In this document: in pieces, positions 30,512 to 40,832 of the stretch | How the letters are laid out: each line of letters opens with the position of its first letter | Numbering within the stretch: position 1 is the stretch's first letter | Made by a program: the position numbers and the translations under genes | Notes under the pieces: model-generated | Seen by the model: the letters and a program-made list of their open reading frames with translations, nothing else | What the model was told of the DNA's origin: nothing | The model's database searches: none | Sequence record: PP400788 | Strand: one strand, 5' to 3' | DNA from: Escherichia phage FL33 | Length of the DNA stretch: 64,000 bases

Positions 30512-31471
30512 TCACTTCCACTGCATTTCGCATGCCAATTGAATGAAAAGATATGCTAAATGTAACTCAGTATTAGCCGCAATTCCATGATACTGATTAT
30601 TTTCACCAACAATTTCATACATACGAATAATACTTTGCGGAGTTACACGTGAATAAATTTCTTCGGCAAGTTTACCTACGAACCACGAATAATCAGCTGC
30701 ATATTTTGGTGCTAAAGCTCTGAGCTGTTTAACATCTTTATTTTTGAGAGATTCAAGAACATCATCAATAGCACCACGATCGTTAGTAACCAGTGATAAA
30801 ATACCAGCATCCAAAACACCTTTAGATGAATAACTATCGAGCTCGCCAATAGTTTTACGAAAATCAGGAAAATTCTTTTTAACCAAAGCTGCTACAACTT
30901 TCATATCAGCTATAGCAATTCCTTCACGCTTGCAGATTTCAGTCAATCGACGAATCATCTGCTTCATCATTTCAATTTTATCTTCATCGGTTGGTTGACC
31001 GAACGTAATAACTCGGCAGCGTGACTGAAGCGGTTTAATAATACCATCAATATTGTTAGCAGTAATAATAATACTACAGTTTGAACTATAAGCTTCCATA
31101 AAGGAACGAAGATGTCGCTGAGACTCTGCTAACCCTGAACGGTCAAATTCATCAATGACGATTACTTTTTGACGACCATCAAATGAAGCTGCACTAGCAA
31201 AATTGGTCAAAGGACCGCGAACGAAATCAATTTTACAATCTGACCCATTCACAAACATCATATCAGCATTTACGTCATGACACAATGCTTTTGCTACGGT
31301 TGTTTTACCTGTTCCTGGAGAAGGAGAATGAAGAATAATATGTGGAATCTTACCTTTACTTGTAATAGATTTAAAGGTTTCTTTATCAAAGGCGGGAAGA
31401 ATACATTCATCGATAGTAGATGGACGATATTTCTGTTCAAGAATGTGTTCTTTTTCATTTACAGTAATCAT
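30512..31471 (-). CDS. 44: clamp loader ATPase gp44 (RFC-like), 319 aa
   Basis: Walker A GTGKTT; start set at MITVNEKEH; track ORF extends 5 codons further to 31486. Confidence 0.9.
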   Translation of the reverse strand: MITVNEKEHILEQKYRPSTIDECILPAFDKETFKSITSKGKIPHIILHSPSPGTGKTTVAKALCHDVNADMMFVNGSDCKIDFVRGPLTNFASAASFDGRQKVIVIDEFDRSGLAESQRHLRSFMEAYSSNCSIIITANNIDGIIKPLQSRCRVITFGQPTDEDKIEMMKQMIRRLTEICKREGIAIADMKVVAALVKKNFPDFRKTIGELDSYSSKGVLDAGILSLVTNDRGAIDDVLESLKNKDVKQLRALAPKYAADYSWFVGKLAEEIYSRVTPQSIIRMYEIVGENNQYHGIAANTELHLAYLFIQLACEMQWK

Positions 31472-31504
31472 AATTTCCTCATTCAAGTTTTAGTGTAAAT
31501 TATA

Positions 31505-31520
31505 AAGGGCCGAAGCCCTT
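31505..31520 (-). other. intercistronic UUCG-loop hairpin between genes 45 and 44
   Basis: AAGGGC-UUCG-GCCCUU. Confidence 0.5.
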
Positions 31521-31522
31521 TA

Positions 31523-32209
31523 TTAAAAATCGTGAGTAGAATCAGCTTCAAGAGCTACTACATAATTCGCATGTTCACCTTCAAATTTAGCAGCACCTTG
31601 TTTACCTTTTGCCCAGAGCAGAAGTTTATAATTTCCTGGTTGCATTTTCATATTTGCCATATTGATAATGAAATTAAATGTATTTTCACCATCATAATCA
31701 CCAAGAGTCAAAGAATATTTAACACGGGTCAAAGCAGAATCTTCTACTTTATTAAAACCGTTAATTACGATTTTACCTTCTTTTACTGTGATAGCAATTG
31801 TATCAATCTGCAGACCGCGAGATACACGCAACAGCTGTTGAAGGTCTTCAGCTTTAATTTCAGTAACAACAGATGCTACTGGGAATGGAATTGGTTTATT
31901 AGGAGCAACTACTGTACTCGGATCGGCTGCTGGCCAAAAAATTGTTGAACGGGCATCAGCAATTTTAATATTACCATCTTCTGACTGGGAAATTTCTGCA
32001 TCATCATTAACGAGAGACAGAATACCGAGAAAACCGTTCAAATCGTAAATTGCTACATCAAAATCAATAGTGTCAGAAATATTTGCTTCCGCATAAGTTG
32101 TACCATTAACCGCGCGAGTCATAATAAATTGACCGGATTTAAGCATAATACCAGAGTTAATAGTAGCGAAATTTTTAAGCAGAGCAGTAGTATCTTTAGA
32201 CAGTTTCAT
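31523..32209 (-). CDS. 45: sliding clamp gp45, 228 aa
   Basis: Length equals T4 gp45 as recalled; position. Confidence 0.95.
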   Translation of the reverse strand: MKLSKDTTALLKNFATINSGIMLKSGQFIMTRAVNGTTYAEANISDTIDFDVAIYDLNGFLGILSLVNDDAEISQSEDGNIKIADARSTIFWPAADPSTVVAPNKPIPFPVASVVTEIKAEDLQQLLRVSRGLQIDTIAITVKEGKIVINGFNKVEDSALTRVKYSLTLGDYDGENTFNFIINMANMKMQPGNYKLLLWAKGKQGAAKFEGEHANYVVALEADSTHDF

Positions 32210-32239
32210 GTAATTTCCTTCAATTCAAATGAGATTTAA

Positions 32240-32263
32240 TTTTATAACTAATTTAATAAAGCA
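32240..32263 (-). promoter_or_regulatory. candidate MotA-dependent middle promoter for gene 45
   Basis: Minus-sense TGCTTTA MotA box about 11 nt upstream of a TATAAA -10. Confidence 0.35.
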
Positions 32264-32264
32264 A

Positions 32265-32654
32265 TTAACGATTAAAATCAGCAGCAATTGTTTCCGCAAC
32301 AATTTGAGCAGCAACAATTAGACGTTCATCTGCATTACCGCAATAATCATCTTCAAGGCGTTCACCACATGAAGTCATAATAAATTTAGCACCAGCATTT
32401 AGAGATTCTGTCGTATGTTTGCGCATTAGTTCAATCCATTTATCACTCACTTCACGATCGATAGCTTCATAATACGCATGACGAGCAGGTGCAGATTTAA
32501 TTTTGTTCTGAATAACTTCCATTGCGTTATTAGAAAGAGACAAAACCCATGCTCGACGAATTTTATTTTGGTTTTGCGGATTTGATTCAGAACGCACGTG
32601 TTTTGGCTGAATATCTTTTACATCAACAGTATAATTCACAGTAATTTTAGTCAT
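32265..32654 (-). CDS. rpbA: RNA polymerase binding protein RpbA, 129 aa
   Basis: Length and position match recalled T4 rpbA. Confidence 0.75.
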   Translation of the reverse strand: MTKITVNYTVDVKDIQPKHVRSESNPQNQNKIRRAWVLSLSNNAMEVIQNKIKSAPARHAYYEAIDREVSDKWIELMRKHTTESLNAGAKFIMTSCGERLEDDYCGNADERLIVAAQIVAETIAADFNR

Positions 32655-32663
32655 AATACACCT

Positions 32664-32852
32664 TTAGTCATAATAATCAGTAACAGTCCAAGCTTCATTT
32701 CTGTTGGACATTATTTTCGTATATTCTGCTTTAAATGCATTCTTAAGCATAGATTCAGTAACTATATGCTCTTCATTAGAAAAATTATTTCTCAGAATAT
32801 ATCGTTTTATTTCAGGAATAGTTAATAGATGCTGTCCAGTTGAATATTCCAT
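32664..32852 (-). CDS. hypothetical protein, 62 aa
   Basis: ORF. Confidence 0.5.
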   Translation of the reverse strand: MEYSTGQHLLTIPEIKRYILRNNFSNEEHIVTESMLKNAFKAEYTKIMSNRNEAWTVTDYYD

Positions 32853-32907
32853 GTTTTTCCTCCATAGAGATTATACTCTAATAAATTAAAGCATAATCTC
32901 TTATAAA

Positions 32908-34590
32908 TTAAACCATTACAGTAAATCGACCAACTTTCTTCATTTGAAGATGCTGACCATATGCTTGTGGGTCATGGTCTCTATGTGAAATAACAAAAAC
33001 ATTAGTATTTTTTAAACTATCTAAAATAGTTGAAATAGCTTTTACGCCTTCAACATCAGTTGCTGAATCAAAAACTTCATCAAGAATTAGTGTGTTTATT
33101 TTAACACCTGAAACTTTTTCAGCAATATCACGCCAAGTAAATAAAAGAGCAATATCAATTCGTGCTTTTTCACCTTGGCTAAATGAAGCATAACTAAAAT
33201 CTTCACGACCACGGGATTTAATTGTCTCATTAAATTCTTCATCTAATGTAAACACATAATCCGCTTCCATTATTTTAAGATAATGGTTAATCTGCTTATT
33301 AAATAATGGAATGTACTTTTTAATAATAGCACCTTTAATACCAGAATCTTTGAGCATATCAGTCAAAATTCCTCTATGGTATTTTTCCATTACTAAATTA
33401 GTTTTTGTCTTAACAATTTTATCAAGTTCTTCTTGAAGCAGTGCTATTTCATCAGCGTGGTCAATAAACTCGGATGATGCTTTTTCTATAGCCGCTTTAA
33501 CTTTTTTAGCTTTATCTACCGTCGTGATTAGAGATTGCTTTTTATTGCGAATATCATTTGCCAACGTCTGCTGGGTTTTAATATTATCTCGGTATTCATC
33601 AACAAGAACTTTTAAATTATCACGGTGTGTTGAAAGCTGTTCAAACGAATGCGTGCATTCAGAAACTTTATCTTTAATTTTAGAAACAACTTTATCACCG
33701 GAACTTAATTGTGACAAACAGGTTGGACATAATCCACCTTCGTGATACATATTAATGACTTTATTATACGAGTCAATTTTTGATTTAATCAAAACTGCTT
33801 CTTGACCGATTTTATTAAATGCATCAGTCGGGTCTTCATCTAAAACAATATTAACTAATCTTTCATTAGCTTCTTCTATTTCCGATTTTAGCGTTCTAGC
33901 TTCCTTTGCCAAATCGTCATACATATTCTGTAGACGAGTAAGGTTGTCACCAGACAATTTTTTCTGTCGTTCAACATTATCGTTATATATTTTAATTTGT
34001 TGGATAATACTATCTTTTTTAACATCAAGCACTTGGTTTTGTGAATTTAATTCACGTATTAGTGCTTTATTAAGCTTATCCATTTCAGCTAATGTTCCTA
34101 CCTCGAGCAGGTCTTCGACAAGTTTTCTTCTTGCAGGAGTGGATAGGCCCATAAAAGGGGTATATCCAGCCGTGCCGAGTACGACGATCTGTTTGAAACT
34201 GGCGTATGACATTCCGATAAGCTGTTCAAATTCTGCTTGGAAATCTTTACTGCTGGCAGATTCATTAAGACGTGTACCGTTAACGGTGATTTCGAAAACA
34301 TTTGGTTTTTGTCCTCTTTTAATATAGTATTTTTTCTCATCATATTCCATCCACAATTCAACTAAAAGTTCTTTCTTATTTGTACTGTTTATTAATTGGC
34401 CTTTCTTTACATCACGAAATGGCTTGCCAAAAAGCCCAAATGTGATGGCTTCTAACATAGTAGACTTTCCACCGCCATTTCGTCCAGTAATAAGAGTTTT
34501 TTGAACCTTATCTAATTGAATGTCAATAGGATTTCCACCTACTGACATTATATTTTGATACCTAACTCGGTTTAGTTTAAAATTCTTCAC
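32908..34590 (-). CDS. 46: recombination endonuclease subunit gp46 (Rad50/SbcC-like ATPase), 560 aa
   Basis: Walker A GRNGGGKST, coiled-coil middle with CPTC zinc hook; length equals T4 gp46 as recalled. Confidence 0.9.
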   Translation of the reverse strand: MKNFKLNRVRYQNIMSVGGNPIDIQLDKVQKTLITGRNGGGKSTMLEAITFGLFGKPFRDVKKGQLINSTNKKELLVELWMEYDEKKYYIKRGQKPNVFEITVNGTRLNESASSKDFQAEFEQLIGMSYASFKQIVVLGTAGYTPFMGLSTPARRKLVEDLLEVGTLAEMDKLNKALIRELNSQNQVLDVKKDSIIQQIKIYNDNVERQKKLSGDNLTRLQNMYDDLAKEARTLKSEIEEANERLVNIVLDEDPTDAFNKIGQEAVLIKSKIDSYNKVINMYHEGGLCPTCLSQLSSGDKVVSKIKDKVSECTHSFEQLSTHRDNLKVLVDEYRDNIKTQQTLANDIRNKKQSLITTVDKAKKVKAAIEKASSEFIDHADEIALLQEELDKIVKTKTNLVMEKYHRGILTDMLKDSGIKGAIIKKYIPLFNKQINHYLKIMEADYVFTLDEEFNETIKSRGREDFSYASFSQGEKARIDIALLFTWRDIAEKVSGVKINTLILDEVFDSATDVEGVKAISTILDSLKNTNVFVISHRDHDPQAYGQHLQMKKVGRFTVMV

Positions 34591-34850
34591 AAAAGATTCC
34601 TTTTAATGTATCTTTTAGACCATTCTATCATATCATCATAATCTAAAAAGTATTCATCAAATTCAGCCATGCAAACAACACCCTGTGCTGCTTTTGATGT
34701 GATATAAATTATTCCAACATATCTAGAATCTTCTTCGGTGTAATCAATATTTGCTATGAATTCATCGTTAATGTCAAATGTCGAAAACTTCACAGTATGC
34801 ATCCTTAATACAAGATACAGCCATATCTTGTAATGATTTAGGTGTGTCAT
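34587..34850 (-). CDS. hypothetical protein, 87 aa
   Basis: ORF; start probably internal. Confidence 0.45.
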   Translation of the reverse strand: MTHLNHYKIWLYLVLRMHTVKFSTFDINDEFIANIDYTEEDSRYVGIIYITSKAAQGVVCMAEFDEYFLDYDDMIEWSKRYIKRNLL

Positions 34851-35037
34851 TATCTAAAATGTTGAAGTTAAAAGATACAGCCCAGTCAGTGCAGACCGTA
34901 ACCTTTTTAATACAATTATCTTCAACCTCTAGTGGTTCAAACCAGTATTCAATAATTTCTTTATGCCTAATATCATCTTTTACTTCGCATTCAAAATGCT
35001 GACTCATCATAACATTTTTAAATTCATCAAAAGTCAT
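34774..35037 (-). CDS. hypothetical protein, 87 aa
   Basis: ORF. Confidence 0.5.
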   Translation of the reverse strand: MTFDEFKNVMMSQHFECEVKDDIRHKEIIEYWFEPLEVEDNCIKKVTVCTDWAVSFNFNILDNDTPKSLQDMAVSCIKDAYCEVFDI

Positions 35038-36053
35038 TGTGTTGCCTCTACATATAACTGATTTGCATATTGAATAAGTGCTTCGCGATCAGAATCAGTG
35101 ATGTCTGGAATTGCATTAATGTATTCTTCCATCAACGTCTGAAGAGATTGAACTTCAACCTCTTCGCTATCATCTGACTCGACAGAGTTATCAATCTTTG
35201 ACACAACTCGTAATGAATGCACAACTTTTTCTAGTTCAGATTCGAACTTCGTCAGATTTTTGTCTACCTCAGTTACTATAACACGTACTGACAGATTTGT
35301 AAAATCTTTATAGTCAATTTTTCCCTTAAATGGATATTGAATTCGACGATGCCAGGTAGTGTTGTTTGGAATAAATTCCATTCGTTCTGTTTCTGTATCA
35401 AACATCCAGAACCCGCGAGGGTCATTCTCGTCACCTGCAGTTAGTGTCCATGGTGTCCCAATATATTTGACGTTAGCAGCCTCAGAGATAGTATGGAAGT
35501 GACCAGACCACACTTCTTTATAAGTCTTAAGGAAATCAGGTTCAAGACCGTGAGATTTCATTCCTTTATAAAAATAAAATCCATTCAGTTCCCAGTGACC
35601 AACACAAAAGGAAGCAGATGAAGTTTTAATATGTTCAAGAATTTCACCGGTATTTTCTTCACACATCCAAGGAATTAAATCAATCAAACATCCGTCAAAA
35701 TCTACTGTAGTAGGCTTATCATATACTTTAACATTAGGATATTTAGCCAAAAGCTCAGTAGAAGCATTTGGAGTTAAAGTATTTTTAAAGTGCATATCAT
35801 GGTTTCCTACAACAGTATGTAGGGTAATACCAGCATCATCAAGCATTTGAACTATTTCACGTGCGAACTCCATAGTTTTATGCGTGATTGCTTTTCGCAC
35901 ATCAAAAATATCACCGTATTGAATCCATGTAGTAATTCCATTTTTCTTAGAATATTCTATCGCCTGCTTAATTCCATCCAGCTGGATTGATTGAACCCAC
36001 TCATCATCGGCTTTAACGCCTAAATGCCAATCACCTAAATTTAAAATTTTCAT
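35034..36053 (-). CDS. 47: recombination endonuclease subunit gp47 (Mre11/SbcD-like phosphoesterase), 339 aa
   Basis: Metallophosphoesterase motifs (GDWH, GNHD); length equals T4 gp47 as recalled. Confidence 0.9.
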   Translation of the reverse strand: MKILNLGDWHLGVKADDEWVQSIQLDGIKQAIEYSKKNGITTWIQYGDIFDVRKAITHKTMEFAREIVQMLDDAGITLHTVVGNHDMHFKNTLTPNASTELLAKYPNVKVYDKPTTVDFDGCLIDLIPWMCEENTGEILEHIKTSSASFCVGHWELNGFYFYKGMKSHGLEPDFLKTYKEVWSGHFHTISEAANVKYIGTPWTLTAGDENDPRGFWMFDTETERMEFIPNNTTWHRRIQYPFKGKIDYKDFTNLSVRVIVTEVDKNLTKFESELEKVVHSLRVVSKIDNSVESDDSEEVEVQSLQTLMEEYINAIPDITDSDREALIQYANQLYVEATQ

Positions 36054-36190
36054 ATATCAAGAACCGTCATTGAAATGCAAAATAAAATTATTGAAATAAA
36101 TCCATCTGGAGTGCTAAAGAACCCAATCCAACATGCTCTAGTGAATAGATAAAATGCGAGAAAAAGTATCACATATCCAAGAAATATCAT
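36050..36190 (-). CDS. small hydrophobic membrane peptide, 46 aa
   Basis: Hand translation MIFLGYVILFLAFYLF...; ATGA overlap with gene 47 start; not in ORF track. Confidence 0.3.
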   Translation of the reverse strand: MIFLGYVILFLAFYLFTRACWIGFFSTPDGFISIILFCISMTVLDI

Positions 36191-36214
36191 TATATCAAAC
36201 TCCGTATAAAGCTA

Positions 36215-36230
36215 AAGGGCCGAAGCCCTT
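36215..36230 (-). other. UUCG-loop hairpin at 3' end of alpha-gt
   Basis: AAGGGC-UUCG-GCCCUU overlapping the stop codon. Confidence 0.45.
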
Positions 36231-37432
36231 TATTTTGTAATAATGTCAAACTGCTCTTTAAAGCAGAAGCTTGAATCTTGATGCTGATACAAAAATTCAT
36301 AAGCTTTTTCGCGTTCACGGTCATAAAGAGCTCGGTCAGATGACAGTTCTTTAATACGTTCAAATGTTGATTCCATGTCATTTTCATCAAACCAAACGAT
36401 ACCGCTATCGTGCGAAATTAATGGAGTATTATCAACACGGAATTTTAAATTTTCGCCAGTAGATTTCCAAAATACTGGAATTGTTCCACATGCACCAAGC
36501 TCGAGATGAGTATATTCTAAAGAACGCTGTAGATATTTTTTATCTAATTTACTCAGCTGATAACCAAATCCGGATTTACTCATGCGTTCAAGCATTTCGC
36601 TATTTACATAACGGTCGAGAATTTGCGTCGGCAAATTAGGAGCAATTTTAATTTGGTCTACTTGATGAAGACGATAATACTCGTATGGAATTCCTTTTTC
36701 TTTAATAGGAATGAACGCTGGAGAACGTTCCAGACCTTCCATAATAGTACTTAGTCCTGCAGGTTTAAGATGTTTTTCGTGAAAATCAAACATCTGATAA
36801 AAGCCTTTCCATGTAGTAGTACGACCAATCCAACGGTTGATATTCATGTTAATTTCAGAAACATCTTTCCAGTAAGTTGATCGAACCTTCGCAATATCCA
36901 TAGGAGGCTGAAAGTTATATACAGTCGGTGCTTCTTCAATATCATCAAACAGTGAAACAGTTTCTGGATACCATTCTTTCATTAAAACTTTATTAAAATC
37001 GCCATTATCAGAATGGCTAAAAATAACATCAGCTCGACGAACAGTTTCTTCTAATCCCAAATTTCGACGCAAAGAAAGAGAAGAATGGTCATGCTGATAA
37101 ACTACAACACGAACCGAAGGTTTAATGTTATCAATAATTTTTTTATAGTTATTAATCGTGTCTTCTTCAACTGAAGTAGCAGGAACTGAATTGATAACTA
37201 GAATATCACAATCATTTACCAACTTAAGTGTTTTATCGTATTCTTTTGCCAATAAAACCGGAATTGAAAATGATTTATAATCATGCGCGCAATTACGAGT
37301 AAATGATTTATCTTTAGCATAAACCAAAGTTACTTCATGACCATTTTTAATAAACCAATCACGCTGCTCAAGAGAAAATTTAGTTACACCGCAACCTTCA
37401 AGACCTCGAGCCATAAAAATGCATACTTTCAT
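36230..37432 (-). CDS. a-gt: DNA alpha-glucosyltransferase, 400 aa
   Basis: Close match to recalled T4 alpha-gt N-terminus and length. Confidence 0.9.
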   Translation of the reverse strand: MKVCIFMARGLEGCGVTKFSLEQRDWFIKNGHEVTLVYAKDKSFTRNCAHDYKSFSIPVLLAKEYDKTLKLVNDCDILVINSVPATSVEEDTINNYKKIIDNIKPSVRVVVYQHDHSSLSLRRNLGLEETVRRADVIFSHSDNGDFNKVLMKEWYPETVSLFDDIEEAPTVYNFQPPMDIAKVRSTYWKDVSEINMNINRWIGRTTTWKGFYQMFDFHEKHLKPAGLSTIMEGLERSPAFIPIKEKGIPYEYYRLHQVDQIKIAPNLPTQILDRYVNSEMLERMSKSGFGYQLSKLDKKYLQRSLEYTHLELGACGTIPVFWKSTGENLKFRVDNTPLISHDSGIVWFDENDMESTFERIKELSSDRALYDREREKAYEFLYQHQDSSFCFKEQFDIITK

Positions 37433-37446
37433 TTAATATCCTCGTT

Positions 37447-37470
37447 GTTTTGGTTTATTTTACCAAAAAT
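37447..37470 (-). promoter_or_regulatory. candidate MotA-dependent middle promoter for alpha-gt
   Basis: Minus-sense TGCTTTA MotA box, 11 nt, TAAAAT -10. Confidence 0.4.
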
Positions 37471-37472
37471 TT

Positions 37473-37492
37473 ATAAAGCAATATAGGAGCCG
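37473..37492 (-). terminator. stem-loop (8-bp stem) with U-rich tail
   Basis: ATAGGAGC/GCTCCTAT dyad. Confidence 0.35.
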
Positions 37493-37674
37493 AGGCTCCT
37501 ATCCGCATAATACGCCATACAGAGGCTCATTAGAGCTTCTAAATTTTATGCGCTTATATGTTATAGTTCCTTCTGCTTTAGCTTTATCATGAGACTCTTT
37601 AAAGCGTCTCATCATTTCTACTTTAGAGGAACGAATTTTATTAAATCTATTTCAGAAGTCTGGGTGTTCATCTT

Positions 37675-37881
37675 TCACAGTTGCCACCATTTTTTGACTT
37701 GATAAGAATCAACCCACACTTTCATATTAGGGTCTGCTCTTACAATAGGAGGATTAACTTCTTTAATTGAACTATCATGGTATTCTTTTTCAGAAATTTT
37801 CACACAAAGATGACCGTTCAAAGATTCAGTAAATCCTGCATTAATTTTAAGACGCTTGAATTTTACGTGTGTAAGCATCAA
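37675..37881 (-). CDS. hypothetical protein, 68 aa
   Basis: ORF; followed in-frame after a TGA by a further 17-codon ORF. Confidence 0.4.
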   Translation of the reverse strand: MMLTHVKFKRLKINAGFTESLNGHLCVKISEKEYHDSSIKEVNPPIVRADPNMKVWVDSYQVKKWWQL

Positions 37882-38164
37882 TCATATCCTCAATCTGCGA
37901 TCTAGTAGTCTTCCAAAGAATACTAATGAGTTCATCATTATATGGCTGTTTTAGAATATCCCGACTTTTCTTGATAGCATATTCGTATTGAGCAAAATTA
38001 TTGTTTTCAGCTGCAATTTGAGCGTGTTTATAAAGACGGTTCAGTTCGCGTTTGTTTTTAGACAATAACTTATTTGCTTTTCTTTCTGCTTCAAGACGGT
38101 TCTTTTCTTCAATAGAAGAAATAAGCTTTTCCACTTCATCATTAATTTCGGGTTTATCAGTCAT
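37847..38164 (-). CDS. hypothetical protein, 105 aa
   Basis: ORF. Confidence 0.5.
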   Translation of the reverse strand: MTDKPEINDEVEKLISSIEEKNRLEAERKANKLLSKNKRELNRLYKHAQIAAENNNFAQYEYAIKKSRDILKQPYNDELISILWKTTRSQIEDMIDAYTRKIQAS

Positions 38165-38165
38165 A

Positions 38166-38384
38166 TTATTTCTCTAATATAAAATAAAAATCATCATCTG
38201 TTAAATGATACCGATAGTTTAATTCTACACCATTAGATTTAAAAGCGGTATCATACGGATTTTCTGGATCAATATCAATGTCAAGAGCTAAAACTTCCCT
38301 GAGATACATTTTAAGTAAATAGGGAATAGCTTCAACTTCAGGTATTTCTTCCAAGAATCCGGAGAGGTTAATCGTTAGCCTCAT
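38166..38384 (-). CDS. hypothetical protein, 72 aa
   Basis: ORF. Confidence 0.5.
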
Positions 38385-38925
38385 ATAAAAAATCCAAACT
38401 AGGAGAATCGTCTACAACACTTTTCTTTTCAGCCCCCGGTGTTCTATAGGTTGATTCTTCGTAATGCGTCATTTTATCGTAGATGTCTTGAATAAAAGTT
38501 TCATCTACTAACGCAACCATATCGTCGTCACGACTGTCATAGACATTGTGAACGAAGTAACTATATTTCTTTGCAACTTCCTTACGTTCTTTTTTAATAC
38601 GTTGGACGAATGCATTAAAACAAGCTTGAGTTATATACGCATGTGGGTTTTTATATTTCGTTTCATCAAAATTATGAAGTCCCTTAATAGAAGCTTCTAT
38701 ACCATCTGCAATCATTTCTTGTTTCCAAGACTGGGTGTATCCTGAAAAGTTGAAACGTTTAGATAAGCCTTCTGCAATAAGCATAATGGCTAATCCGATA
38801 GTATCATTCTGACGAACTACTTTATTTGGGTCTTTATTATTTGCTAATTCTGTTTTCCAATCAATAATAGCTTGTAAAAGCTCTTTATTGTTTACGTAAT
38901 TATATTTAGGCTTAGTTTCTGACAT
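38368..38925 (-). CDS. 55: late sigma factor gp55, 185 aa
   Basis: Starts [17 protein letters not shown] as recalled for T4 gp55; track ORF extends 2 codons upstream. Confidence 0.9.
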
Positions 38926-39003
38926 TTTCACCTCTTAGCTCAATTCATAGATCTATTATATCATAATATTTGAAGATCTATCTTAAAGCATAGAGGATAT
39001 CAG

Positions 39004-39273
39004 TTATCTAAGTAAGCAGTATGCTTGGAATACTTTCTCCATCATCTTTTTAAATTCATGAATATCTATATAATGACTAGTTAAATCAGCATGATATAAA
39101 AAGTCTAAAAACTTTTCATGTGTGCTAACATATTCGCTTTCATTTAATTCAGAAACATGGCTTTCCCAATATCCAACACCAGTCTTATTTGGGAAAAATG
39201 AAATTTTCATATATTGGTCAACATAGAAAATTCCATAATTTTCAATAGTAATAGAAATATTAATAAATTTCAT
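39004..39273 (-). CDS. hypothetical protein, 89 aa
   Basis: ORF. Confidence 0.5.
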   Translation of the reverse strand: MKFINISITIENYGIFYVDQYMKISFFPNKTGVGYWESHVSELNESEYVSTHEKFLDFLYHADLTSHYIDIHEFKKMMEKVFQAYCLLR

Positions 39274-39485
39274 GCATTCATCAACTTAGCCGCTTCAAGA
39301 GCTGCATCTAGTGAATCAAATTGATCGACATATTCAATCAATTCGCCGTAATTAGCATATAACCACCATTGGCTAAATTCATACTCAAGGATAAATCCAT
39401 TTCCTTCAATTTGAGTTAAACCAATGCCATTTGTATTTACTTCATATCCGGCAAGACGCAAATCATTGATAAGAGATTCATTCAT
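39270..39485 (-). CDS. hypothetical protein, 71 aa
   Basis: ORF. Confidence 0.5.
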   Translation of the reverse strand: MNESLINDLRLAGYEVNTNGIGLTQIEGNGFILEYEFSQWWLYANYGELIEYVDQFDSLDAALEAAKLMNA

Positions 39486-39487
39486 AA

Positions 39488-39814
39488 TTATACCTTAGTA
39501 ATTTTCAGATCAGCAAATTTTTTCTTGCGTTGATTTTTCATACGACGAATAGTTTTATCAGAAATTTCATGCTTTTGATAAGCTTTAGATTCTACACCAA
39601 AAGCTTTAACATCAAATTCTGACAAGATATATTGAACCAACAATTCACGAATAGTATTTCGTCCAATTTTCTGATCATTCTGTTTCATCATCTGATGAAG
39701 CTCTTTTTCCCATTTATCCAAAATTTGAGGAGTTACAATATCGCCTTTTTCTAGCAGAGAAACTACTTTATCATATGCATAAGAATTGATGGCGTTTTTA
39801 ATTTGAATAGTCAT
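39488..39814 (-). CDS. hypothetical protein, 108 aa
   Basis: ORF. Confidence 0.5.
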   Translation of the reverse strand: MTIQIKNAINSYAYDKVVSLLEKGDIVTPQILDKWEKELHQMMKQNDQKIGRNTIRELLVQYILSEFDVKAFGVESKAYQKHEISDKTIRRMKNQRKKKFADLKITKV

Positions 39815-39852
39815 ACATTATCCTCAATTGCGTTAAAATTTTATTATCCAAA

Positions 39853-39868
39853 AAGGGCCGAAGCCCTT
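39853..39868 (-). other. UUCG-loop hairpin
   Basis: AAGGGC-UUCG-GCCCUU overlapping the stop of ORF 39867-40067. Confidence 0.45.
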
Positions 39869-40067
39869 AGCTAAACTGTTTGGCGCCCTTCCAGCCTTCG
39901 TACATCATTGCGGCTGATATTAATATTGCTCCTGCGCATTTTGAATATTTGTGATTCCAAAACCAGTTCAGAAAAACTTCGTCATCAATACCTTGGGCTA
40001 TCATATTTTCAAAGAACTGACGACGAGCTTCGGCAATTCGTTGCGATAATTTAGATTCAGGATTCAT
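39867..40067 (-). CDS. hypothetical protein, 66 aa
   Basis: ORF. Confidence 0.5.
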   Translation of the reverse strand: MNPESKLSQRIAEARRQFFENMIAQGIDDEVFLNWFWNHKYSKCAGAILISAAMMYEGWKGAKQFS

Positions 40068-40206
40068 TTAAATTTTCCAGTTACCATTTTCATCAATGAA
40101 TTTAATCCAGTCATTTACTGACCACTTGGTCGTATCGCCTTTTGGAGCAACATTTAAAGTGTATAATCCTTGTTTAAAAAGCATTCGTTTGATATTCATA
40201 TTTTCC

Positions 40207-40500
40207 TCAGCTGTAACGATAGCACTCGTTTGATTTGCGCTTAGCAACTCGTTGAGAAGTATTGTAATCAAAATCATCGTCAATGTAAACTGATTTTTTC
40301 AACTTTCTTACTTCACTACGTAATTGACGATTTAGCTCATCTTTAACTTCTGAATCAATGCCTTTCATTCTACGCCATTTATCAGAGCGAAAAATGTTTT
40401 CAACCATATCTTTATGACTTACACCATCAGGAGCTTTACGCTTTCCGAAATAGTCATAATCACGCACTTTTAAATCTTTACGACGATACGTTTTACCCAT
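40207..40500 (-). CDS. hypothetical basic protein, about 97 aa
   Basis: Start set at MGKTYRRKDL; track ORF extends to 40545. Confidence 0.45.
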   Translation of the reverse strand: MGKTYRRKDLKVRDYDYFGKRKAPDGVSHKDMVENIFRSDKWRRMKGIDSEVKDELNRQLRSEVRKLKKSVYIDDDFDYNTSQRVAKRKSNECYRYS

Positions 40501-40675
40501 GGAGTTTAATTTCCTTAGCAACTGAACTAAATACAGCACGATCACAAATCATCTGTTTATGTAACTTAAGTATAAGATAATAAACTTCAAAACCGTTTAC
40601 ATAAGTAACACGAACAACATTACCATTAATAAAATAATATTGTCCCTTTTTAATTTCTTTATCAACCACAACCAT
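40493..40675 (-). CDS. hypothetical protein, 60 aa
   Basis: ORF downstream of early promoter 40706-40735. Confidence 0.45.
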   Translation of the reverse strand: MVVVDKEIKKGQYYFINGNVVRVTYVNGFEVYYLILKLHKQMICDRAVFSSVAKEIKLHG

Positions 40676-40705
40676 ATCAAATCCTCAAAGGCAATTCATA
40701 TGTTA

Positions 40706-40735
40706 ATAATACCACAGTTTGAACTTCTTGTAAAC
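40706..40735 (-). promoter_or_regulatory. T4-type early promoter
   Basis: GTTTAC 40730-40735, TGTGGTATTAT -10 region. Confidence 0.5.
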
Positions 40736-40815
40736 AACTTTGTGAAAATTATTTTAGGGAATGATAAGAAGTGAATGATAGTTAGAATGGTAATATACAG
40801 AATGTGAGAAAGAAA

Positions 40816-40828
40816 GGCCCAGAGGGCC
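40816..40828 (-). terminator. short GC hairpin with U-rich tail downstream of nrdH
   Basis: GGCCC-AGA-GGGCC then UUUCUUUCU in minus sense. Confidence 0.4.
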
Positions 40829-40832
40829 CGTC

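Noticed and set aside
36190-36390. 66-aa minus-strand ORF overlapping the 3' end of alpha-gt in another frame
   Set aside because: Embedded in the well-supported alpha-gt reading frame; the real small gene is the 46-aa ORF at 36050-36190.
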